A program made the position numbers and the translations under genes. This document shows, piece by piece, positions 1 to 8,059 of a DNA stretch of 64,000 nt. Under the pieces are notes generated by a model. It saw only the letters and a list, made by a program, of their open reading frames with translations, did not search any database and was not told the origin of the DNA. The stretch's first letter is position 1; each line of letters opens with the position of its first letter. The stretch spans positions 50,769 through 114,768 of IMG/VR virus record IMGVR_UViG_651703056_000001; one strand, 5' to 3'. The DNA is from a virus. Lineage: Duplodnaviria > Caudoviricetes.

Positions 1-1
1 T

Positions 2-1567
2 ATTAAGGGAGTTAAATACCATATTAAATTCACTAATGGTGGTGAAGTCACAGAGGATTTAACAGAAGAAAAGACAAGTGATATTGATGGAACAACTGTG
101 ACATTTTCACTTGACCCAACAGTTTATACAAAAACAATCTTTAAAGATGAAGATGTCCGTGAGATTGCACACCGTTATGCTGTTAGTTCAAACAAGATTA
201 CAGTCGATTATATTCATGGAGAAACTGAATTAACATATCATTATACAGATTTGAAAGAATATTATTCAGAACTTACAAGTGCTGTCAACACAAGTGGGAT
301 TGTCTTTGGTGATTTGGTTGAGTATCAAGATACAATTACGAGTAATCAACATGATGTTTTCACATCTCATGAAGAATTAACTTCTCTTTCGATTGCATTA
401 TCAACCTCAACAACACCGACACAAGAATCTTACTTAAACTTAAACTATTTGCCTAACGGTGGGAAGATTAACGAAGGAATCATTAATGGTATTAAACTTT
501 ACGTTAATAAATACTGTCGTGCAAATAATCTTTTTCCTAAGAAAGTCAACTCTTTCTCAGACTCAGACATCACAGAATCATTTAGTTTCGTAGCTGTTAT
601 GTTTTCAAACAATGTTGAGTTTGCAAATCAAACTAAATTCTCTACAAATAAAGAACTATATAAAGAAGTTGCTAAACGCAGGGTTACACAAATCTTAGAA
701 GTCACAGAGATTGAAGACCCTAAAAACTTTAAAGACATTATTAATCACTTATTGCTTGTTCAAAAAGAGAATACAGTCAACGCTAAACACAAAGAGAAAC
801 TTAAAAAGAAATTGACTGAAAAAGTAGATACAATGTCAAATCGTATTGACAAGCTAGTTGACTCTCGTGTTCACGGAGAAGAAGCGGAGCTTTATCTAGC
901 AGAGGGAGATTCAGCTCATGGTTCAGTAGTTTCAGCTCGTGATAGTAAGTTCCAAGCAAGTATGCCTATGGGCGGTAAGTTCCTTAACGTTGAAAAGGCA
1001 ATGAACATTGAGGATATTGTTAATAATGAAACAATTATGAATGTTATTAAAGCACTTGGTTGTGGAATTGATTTAGGTAAGAAACAAAAAGACTTGCCTA
1101 AATTCGACATTACTAAGCTACGCTATGGAAAAATTATTTGTGCATCAGATGAAGACCCAGATGGTGCACAAATTCAATGCTTAATTATCACTCTGTTTTA
1201 TAAGTTAATGCCAGAAATTATTCATACTGGTCGCCTATACTTGGCTCAAACACCTTTGTTTGAAATTAAGCTTAAGGATGACTCAGTTCTGTATGCTTAT
1301 ACAGATGAGGGACGTGATGAAATTCTTAAAGAACAAGGGAGTAAAGTGGTTCAATACACACGAGCAAAAGGCCTTGGGGAGCTGGATGCACACATTATGG
1401 CTGAGACAGCAATGAATCCTGAAACTCGTCACTTGACACGTGTCACAATTGAAGAAGCTAAACATGCAGAACAGGCTATCGTTGACTGGATGGGTACAAA
1501 CGTAGACAATCGTAAACTATTCATTTCACGAAACCTTAATAAATTTACTAAAGAAGGGTTAGAATAA
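2..1567 (+). CDS. gyrB: Type IIA topoisomerase subunit B (GyrB/ParE-like), 5'-truncated by window edge
   Basis: Frame is open from base 2. Toprim motifs LAEGDSA, PMGGKFLNV, SDEDPDG and RAKGLGE are present, and it sits directly upstream of the A subunit. Confidence 0.92.
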   Translation: MKGVKYHIKFTNGGEVTEDLTEEKTSDIDGTTVTFSLDPTVYTKTIFKDEDVREIAHRYAVSSNKITVDYIHGETELTYHYTDLKEYYSELTSAVNTSGIVFGDLVEYQDTITSNQHDVFTSHEELTSLSIALSTSTTPTQESYLNLNYLPNGGKINEGIINGIKLYVNKYCRANNLFPKKVNSFSDSDITESFSFVAVMFSNNVEFANQTKFSTNKELYKEVAKRRVTQILEVTEIEDPKNFKDIINHLLLVQKENTVNAKHKEKLKKKLTEKVDTMSNRIDKLVDSRVHGEEAELYLAEGDSAHGSVVSARDSKFQASMPMGGKFLNVEKAMNIEDIVNNETIMNVIKALGCGIDLGKKQKDLPKFDITKLRYGKIICASDEDPDGAQIQCLIITLFYKLMPEIIHTGRLYLAQTPLFEIKLKDDSVLYAYTDEGRDEILKEQGSKVVQYTRAKGLGELDAHIMAETAMNPETRHLTRVTIEEAKHAEQAIVDWMGTNVDNRKLFISRNLNKFTKEGLE

Positions 1568-1568
1568 A

Positions 1569-3683
1569 ATGGAAATTGTAGAAAAGGAATTACAACATAT
1601 TGTGACGGACAATATGGGTCAATATTCAACATATGTACTACTTTCACGTGCTATTCCTGATTTTCGAGACGGATTAAAACCATCTTATCGAAGAATTTTA
1701 TGGGCTATGCAAGAAATGAAAGCTACAAGATTTACAAAATCATTTAACGTAGCTGGTGCAGTCATGCTTTATCACCCTCACGGTTCAACATATCCAACTA
1801 TGGTTGGTATGGCTCAGAAAGATAGCCAACTAAATCCTATGGTTATAGGAAAGGGGAACTTCGGACAACATGCAAGCGAATTAGCCTTTGGTGCTGAACG
1901 TTATACAGAAGTTAAACTTTCTGCTATTGGTCTCGACATGATGGCTGATGTTAAAAAGGGCGGTGTTGACTTCATTGATAACTATGATGGTACACGTAGG
2001 ATTCCAGAAGTGTTTCCAGTTAAATATCCAACTATATTAGCTTATGCTCAATCAGGAATTGGTGTAGGATTTAGTTCAAGTATTCCTTCATTTAACACAA
2101 CCGAATTGTGTGAAGCTATTATTAAACGAATTGAAGATAATGAACAGACATTGCTTATTCCCGACTTTGGTACTGGTGCTTATATTATCAATGACCCTGA
2201 TGTTATCAAGTCAATCAATGAAAATGGTAGTGGTTCAATCAATCAACGTGCTAAAGTTGAGTTTGATAAAGATAGTCGTGAGATTATTGTTAAAGAAATT
2301 CCTTATGGAACAACAAAAGAGAAAATCATCGAACGTATTATTAAATTAAATAAAGAAGATAAGCTCAAAGAAGTTGCTAAAGTAGAAGATACAAGTGGAT
2401 TGAAAGGTCTTGAAATTGTTATCACAGCTAAACGTGGTGTTGACCTTGAACAACTACTTGAAAAACTTTATCAAATGACACCGATGCAAGCAAGCTATTC
2501 TACCAACTTAATGGTTATTAATCGTGAAGGATTACCAGAAAAAATGGGTGTATGGACACTTATTGCTAAGTGGTTAGATTGGCGCACAGATACATACCAA
2601 CGTATGATTACAAAAGATATTCAAACTAAACAAGTACAGCTTGAAATTTTGTACGGATTGGAAAATATCAAAGATGATTTGGAACATGTAATCAAAATTA
2701 TTCGTAATTCTACAGATGATAATGTCATTCAAAATCTATCTAGCGAGTTTAATTTGAGTAAACTTCAAGCAGAACGTGTTTCAGGGTTGAAGCTTAAAAA
2801 TCTTACAACTACTTTCATTAAAAAACAATTGAGTAGTATTAAGAGTCTCGAAAAAGAAATTGAACAACTTGAATGGACAGTTGAAAAACCTCAGCGTATC
2901 CATAAATTGATTGTTCAAGATATGAAAGATGTTATTGCTCAATTTGGAACACCTCGTAAATCACAACTCATTGACAAATCTATAGTAGCTAAGAAAGCAA
3001 AACTTTCTCCTGTAAATACTGTAGAAGAATATAATGTAAAAGTTATTGTAACTAAAGATGGTTATGTTAAAAAGATTCCTTTGACTTCTCTTCGTGGTAA
3101 TGCAGAGATTCAATTTAAAGAAGGAGATACCCCCACATCAGAAATTGATACTGATAATGGAGAAGAACTTCTTATCTTCACAAATAAACAGAATGTTTAT
3201 AAGAAACAACTTAATGATTTGAGTGATACTAAACCAAAAGATTTAGGTAATTACATTCCATCTCTAATTGATTTAGAAAAGGGCGAAGAAATTAAGGGTA
3301 TTATAACGCTTTCTAAGGACACCAAATACGTTCTTTTGGGATTTGAAGACGGAAAGGTCGCTAAAGTCAACGTAGAGGCTTATAGAACGTCCACAAAGCG
3401 TTCTAAACTTAAGAATGGTGTAGTTGGTAAAATGATAGTTTTACTGACGACATTAACTGACGATGTAGATATTATGTCTATCTCTGAAAGTAATAAAGCT
3501 ATCGTTACTAACACATCTATGATTTCTGCTAAAAATTCTAAAGCAACACAAGGTATTACTAACCAAAAATTAAAAGAAGGAGAATCAATTAAGAAATTAC
3601 TTGTTCTTCAAGAAGATGAAGAGGATAATCGAGAATATTATCGTGTACAATCAGCGGGTGCTGGTAAGAAATTTAAAGGATAA
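1569..3683 (+). CDS. gyrA: Type IIA topoisomerase subunit A (GyrA/ParC-like)
   Basis: Motifs RAIPDFRDGLKP, YHPHG, GNFG and AERYTE (catalytic Tyr); C-terminal beta-pinwheel-like repeats without an obvious GyrA-box. Confidence 0.92.
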   Translation: MEIVEKELQHIVTDNMGQYSTYVLLSRAIPDFRDGLKPSYRRILWAMQEMKATRFTKSFNVAGAVMLYHPHGSTYPTMVGMAQKDSQLNPMVIGKGNFGQHASELAFGAERYTEVKLSAIGLDMMADVKKGGVDFIDNYDGTRRIPEVFPVKYPTILAYAQSGIGVGFSSSIPSFNTTELCEAIIKRIEDNEQTLLIPDFGTGAYIINDPDVIKSINENGSGSINQRAKVEFDKDSREIIVKEIPYGTTKEKIIERIIKLNKEDKLKEVAKVEDTSGLKGLEIVITAKRGVDLEQLLEKLYQMTPMQASYSTNLMVINREGLPEKMGVWTLIAKWLDWRTDTYQRMITKDIQTKQVQLEILYGLENIKDDLEHVIKIIRNSTDDNVIQNLSSEFNLSKLQAERVSGLKLKNLTTTFIKKQLSSIKSLEKEIEQLEWTVEKPQRIHKLIVQDMKDVIAQFGTPRKSQLIDKSIVAKKAKLSPVNTVEEYNVKVIVTKDGYVKKIPLTSLRGNAEIQFKEGDTPTSEIDTDNGEELLIFTNKQNVYKKQLNDLSDTKPKDLGNYIPSLIDLEKGEEIKGIITLSKDTKYVLLGFEDGKVAKVNVEAYRTSTKRSKLKNGVVGKMIVLLTTLTDDVDIMSISESNKAIVTNTSMISAKNSKATQGITNQKLKEGESIKKLLVLQEDEEDNREYYRVQSAGAGKKFKG

Positions 3684-3701
3684 AAAACAAGGAGAGTTTA
3701 C

Positions 3702-4544
3702 ATGGATTTTATAAAATCGCCACTGAATTATACAGGTGGAAAATTTAAACTGTTGCCAAAAATAATGCCACTGTTTTACGAAGCAGAGACATTTATTGAT
3801 TTGTTTGGTGGCGGTGGTAATGTTGGAATTAATTCTAAGAGTGAAAAAATTATTATTAACGATAGAGAAAAAGTTGTAATTGATTTTTTCAAAAAAACAC
3901 AAAAACTCTCGATAGAAGATGTTCTTGAATCAATTAAAGGCTATATTGAAACTTATGATTTAAGTAAAGTGAATCAAGAAGGTTTTTTAAAGATTAGAAA
4001 AGATTACAATGCTTCAAAAGAAAAAGACCCATTAATGTTCTATACAATGCTAATGTATTCTTTTAATTATCAAATTAGATTTAATTCTAAAGGTGAATAC
4101 AATATGCCATTTGGAAAAGACCGCAGTAGTTTCAATAAAAATACTGAAAAGAATATCCGAAATTTCCACAATGCGATTATCTCTAAAAAAATTATTTTTA
4201 CAAATAATGATTTCAGAGATATAAAAGTGGAAAAAATTAATAGTGATACAATGGTCTATTGTGACCCACCATATTTAATTACTACTGCTTCATACAATGA
4301 AAATGGTGGCTGGACAGAAAAAGAAGAGATAGATTTATTGAATTTACTAGATGAATTAAATGATAAAAATATTAAATTCGCTTTATCAAATGTCCTTGAA
4401 CATAAAAATAAAAAAAATACCATACTAATAGAATGGTCTAAAAAATATAATATACATTTCTTAGATATGAATTATAACAATAGTAATTACCAAAGTACGG
4501 CTAATCAGGCTAAAACAGTAGAAGTACTTATAACAAACTATTAA
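3702..4544 (+). CDS. dam: D12-class N6-adenine DNA methyltransferase (Dam/T4Dam-like)
   Basis: Motifs SPLNYTGGK, DLFGGGG (motif I), RFNSKGEYNMPFG, YCDPPY (motif IV) and FALSN. Confidence 0.88.
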   Translation: MDFIKSPLNYTGGKFKLLPKIMPLFYEAETFIDLFGGGGNVGINSKSEKIIINDREKVVIDFFKKTQKLSIEDVLESIKGYIETYDLSKVNQEGFLKIRKDYNASKEKDPLMFYTMLMYSFNYQIRFNSKGEYNMPFGKDRSSFNKNTEKNIRNFHNAIISKKIIFTNNDFRDIKVEKINSDTMVYCDPPYLITTASYNENGGWTEKEEIDLLNLLDELNDKNIKFALSNVLEHKNKKNTILIEWSKKYNIHFLDMNYNNSNYQSTANQAKTVEVLITNY

Positions 4545-4569
4545 AAATAAGAAATTTAAAGGATAAAAA

Positions 4570-4866
4570 ATGGAAAAAACAATATTTAGTGTTATCAGAG
4601 GAGTTCTGATGACAGTAATCACAATAGGTTTACTCTTGGGTTATATTTGGTTTACCTTTGATTTGAGTATGCTTGCATGGGGAACATTTCTTGCAGGAAT
4701 TATGTTTCAGGGGACTGTAGTTATGTTGATAGTTGGCTTATGGTTAGAAATATTAAGTTATATCTTCTTCTTTGTCTTAGGTATGGCATTAATATTCTGG
4801 ATATCAGTTTTATTTAATAAAATTGAAGAATATATTTTCGAAGAAGGGAAAACACAAAATGATTAA
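4570..4866 (+). CDS. Small membrane protein
   Basis: 98 aa with 2-3 hydrophobic segments; AAGGA RBS. Confidence 0.6.
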   Translation: MEKTIFSVIRGVLMTVITIGLLLGYIWFTFDLSMLAWGTFLAGIMFQGTVVMLIVGLWLEILSYIFFFVLGMALIFWISVLFNKIEEYIFEEGKTQND

Positions 4867-5212
4867 AGTTTACAAATGTCGAGCACAAATTAATACACCT
4901 TATCTGACATCAAATTCACGTTCAGGATTCTTTAAAAAAGGAGAAGACTTTCTCATGTATCGTAGCTCAAAAGGTACATGGGTTGTAAGTTCTCCTAAGA
5001 ACTCAACAATGCACACAAACGCTATTCCAATCAAACATGCTTTTGATACGAAGCGCTCATGGCTCTTAGACCTTAATATCACGAGTATTGTGAATATTTT
5101 TGAAGCACCAAACAAGACACATCTACGTCACTCATTCGCTCTATTCAAATACCCTAGCTTTGCAAATTTTGTAAATATAGAGAATTTTGAACTCAATCTT
5201 AAAGGAGAATAA
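4859..5212 (+). CDS. Hypothetical protein
   Basis: ATG at 4859 after GAAGGG overlaps the previous stop; part of an operon chain. Confidence 0.6.
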   Translation: MIKVYKCRAQINTPYLTSNSRSGFFKKGEDFLMYRSSKGTWVVSSPKNSTMHTNAIPIKHAFDTKRSWLLDLNITSIVNIFEAPNKTHLRHSFALFKYPSFANFVNIENFELNLKGE

Positions 5213-5214
5213 TA

Positions 5215-5733
5215 ATGAACAAAATTAAAATTTACTTTGCCAGCCCATTATTTTCAGATATGGAACGTTGGTTCAATACCGATATTGTTGACAGCTTACG
5301 CTACACTCTTCCTGAAAATGTAGAGATTTATCTACCACAGGAAAATGAAGCAATTAATGATAAGTCAGGATATGCAAACTCTGTAATGATTGCAGAAGCT
5401 GATACAAATGAACTATTAAGTTCTGACTTTATTGTAGCTGTCTTAGACGGTGCAACAATTGATGTTGGTGTAGCTAGTGAAATTGGAGTTGCCTATGCTA
5501 AAGGCATTCCAGTTATTGGTCTGTATTCAGATTCACGTCAAGGTGCTTTTGGAAACACAAACAAAATCAATGCTCTTGAAGAAGTGGGAGAATCCCAATT
5601 CTCTTATATCAATCTCTATACTGTAGGATTAGTTAAATCCAACGGTGCTCTATTTAAAGATGTTAGCGACTGGTTCAACTACATTGTTGACGAAGCTAAA
5701 AAATTATCAGAAGAAAAGGAAACAAATGACTAA
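5215..5733 (+). CDS. Nucleoside 2-deoxyribosyltransferase family protein
   Basis: Motifs IYFASPLFS, YLPQE, D..SSDFIVAVLDG and DVGVASEIGVAYAKGIPV (catalytic Glu motif). Confidence 0.85.
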   Translation: MNKIKIYFASPLFSDMERWFNTDIVDSLRYTLPENVEIYLPQENEAINDKSGYANSVMIAEADTNELLSSDFIVAVLDGATIDVGVASEIGVAYAKGIPVIGLYSDSRQGAFGNTNKINALEEVGESQFSYINLYTVGLVKSNGALFKDVSDWFNYIVDEAKKLSEEKETND

Positions 5734-6385
5734 ACTAATTAACAAACCAGCGTTCCAATACGCATACATCACTATTATCGTGCTTGCTCAATTAGTAGTA
5801 CTCTGTACAGTTCAAACACCTATTATTCAATGGGTCTCAGGTATTTCAGGTGCATTATATGTATCAACTTTAACGTTCAGTAAGAAATATACTTTCTTAG
5901 TTGCTCTTGTATTTAACACGACAATGTTATTTATCGGTATTCAACATGGTATCTTATCTGAAAGTATTCAACAACCATTATTTATGGCAATGGGTATCAT
6001 TGGATTCATTCACATGAACTTCAAAGGACGATACAAATTTATCAATAATACTCTTCAACGAATTAAAAATATTGAAGTTTGGAAAATTCTCTTACTTAGT
6101 GTGGTTGTTATGATAGTTTGGACTTTCATCTCTAAAGGTCTTGGTTCTCCCATTTGGTGGAAAGACGGAATCCTTGGTGGTGTAGCCATCTCAGCACAGT
6201 TATTCTCTATTGCAGGAAGCAAATATAGTTGGTTCTACTGGATGACACTAAATGCTCTTACAACTTGGACATGGTTTACCTTAGCGACACCTAATGTTAC
6301 TATGGGTGTTCTATATCTAATCTTCCTTGTAAACTCAATCTTTGGTTACGTTTTCTGGAATGTATCTAATAAAGAAATCCTTTAA
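5726..6385 (+). CDS. pnuC: PnuC-family nucleoside/nicotinamide-riboside transporter
   Basis: About 7 TM helices; C-terminal D...SAQ..., WFYWMTLN and YLIFLVNSIFGYVFW pattern typical of PnuC; start coupled to the NDT stop. Confidence 0.7.
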   Translation: MTKLINKPAFQYAYITIIVLAQLVVLCTVQTPIIQWVSGISGALYVSTLTFSKKYTFLVALVFNTTMLFIGIQHGILSESIQQPLFMAMGIIGFIHMNFKGRYKFINNTLQRIKNIEVWKILLLSVVVMIVWTFISKGLGSPIWWKDGILGGVAISAQLFSIAGSKYSWFYWMTLNALTTWTWFTLATPNVTMGVLYLIFLVNSIFGYVFWNVSNKEIL

Positions 6386-6399
6386 ATGAAGAAAAATAC

Positions 6400-6423
6400 A
6401 GCCACAGTTAATTCTGTGGTTTT
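6400..6423 (+). terminator. Intrinsic terminator
   Basis: agccacag-ttaatt-ctgtggtt hairpin followed by T run. Confidence 0.6.
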
Positions 6424-6430
6424 ATGTTAC

Positions 6431-6459
6431 TTGACAAACCATGAAAAATATGGTATAAT
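6431..6459 (+). promoter_or_regulatory. sigma70-type promoter of nrdD
   Basis: TTGACA-17 bp-TATAAT with extended -10 TG. Confidence 0.85.
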
Positions 6460-6488
6460 ATAACTTGTATAGAAATGGGAGGAAATAG

Positions 6489-7739
6489 ATGGACAATTTA
6501 TTTGTTGTTAAGAAAAGAACAGATGAGAAACAAGAAAGGGTGACAGAGGAGTGGAACTTCGATAAGGTAATTTCTGCTTGTCAAAAGTCAGCCCAACACA
6601 TAGACAAACCTCTAACTAAAGAACAAATCGCTAAGATTAAATCCTTGGTGGAACTTGCTATTGCTAAACGTAGAGACGATATTTTAGCTGATACAAGTAT
6701 ACAGCATGAAGATAAACTTCATTACATTAATGTGCGTGAAATTCACGATATTGTTTTGTTAGCTCTTAAACAAGTTGATACTGATATCTATGATTCATAT
6801 CATGAATATCGAAATTATAAAATATCGCAAGATAAGCATTATCGTGAACTATACAAGGATTTAGATAGTCTTAAGAATGGAATTTATACTGAGAATGCAA
6901 ACAAAGATAGCTCTATTAATTCAACTAAACGTTCTCTTCTTGCTGAAATGACCCAGAAGAAAATTGTGACTGACTTTATTCTTCAAAAGAACTGGGCTAA
7001 GGCTCATGAAGAAGGATGGATTTATATTCATGACTTAGGAGATTTATACTGGCGAAGTTTCAATTGTGATAACGTTGATTTAGCAAATATCATTAAGACT
7101 AAAAAGCAAAAAGACGGAGAGTATGCTTTTACTTTAAATGGTATTAAATATCCTGAACCTAAATCAATTAGTTCAGCATTCAATTTAGTGGCAGATTTGA
7201 TTTTACAGATGTCTAGCCAACAGCACGGAGGACTGAGTGTCCAGAACTTTGACTATTTCCTAGCACCTTATGCAGAATTAACTTACGATAAAGCATTCAA
7301 AAGATATATGGAAAAGGGAATTGCATATGACACATCACGTGAAATGGCAGAAGAAGATACTCTTTATGCAATCAAACAAGGTGTTCAAGGGTTTGAACTT
7401 GAAATAAGTACTATCTCTAATGCATTGGGACAAATTCCATTTACATCAATTGGTTTTGGATTAGATACATCGAAATGGGGTCGTGAAATTACTCGTGCCT
7501 TCTTGCTTGAGCGTTCTGAACCAGATTGTGTACTTGTCTTTCCTAAATTAATTTTTGCTAGTGCTAAAGAAGTTAACTTGAATCCTGATTCACCTAACTA
7601 TGATTTATTCCAATTGGCTATTAAATGCAGTTCAACTAAACTATATCCTGACTATGTTTCAATGGATAATGGTATTCTTGCTCCTGCGTACAGTCGTCAC
7701 AAAGATGACCTAGACCAAATTTTATCAGTACCAATGGGT
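6489..7739 (+). CDS. nrdD: Anaerobic class III ribonucleotide reductase, exon 1
   Basis: N-terminal ATP cone (VVKKR...FDKVI), ENANKD, IYIHDL, QHGG, FPKL and YPD motifs; ends ...VPMG at the intron 5' splice site. Confidence 0.93.
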
Positions 7740-8059
7740 TAGTGAAAATGTAGCCCATTTAAAACCTTGTGAACCTCTCTTAGAGGGTGTGGATTAATAT
7801 AATCTGCTAACAGTTAGGTCTTATTGATGTTTGTAGCAATCTTTAAGATGAGACTGTGCCAAGCCAAACTATGTTTGGAAGGTGCAACGACTATCCGTGA
7901 TGAGTGTAGCGGAGCTTAGAAATAAGATATGTTTTAAAAACATATAGACCATGAGATAAGAACATGGTCGGAGCGCAAGGCAACTTTATGTTGATGATAT
8001 AGTCTGTCCCATTGGTGACAATGGATTTTAGAGAAAATCATAACTCTAAACAAAGTATG
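7740..8059 (+). mobile_element. ORF-less group I self-splicing intron (IA-like) in nrdD
   Basis: Removal restores in-frame PMG|CRS. Exon end AAUGGGU pairs with the IGS GCCCAUU (U.G at splice site). P3 ccttgtg/cgcaagg and P7 gactat/atagtc are present; terminal G at 8059. Confidence 0.92.

Noticed and set aside
7740-7742. nrdD pseudogene due to premature TAG
   Set aside because: The stop codon is the first three bases of a well-formed group I intron.
8012-8059. Independent start of a second nrdD gene (ORF 8012)
   Set aside because: These codons lie inside the intron; true coding resumes at 8060 after splicing.
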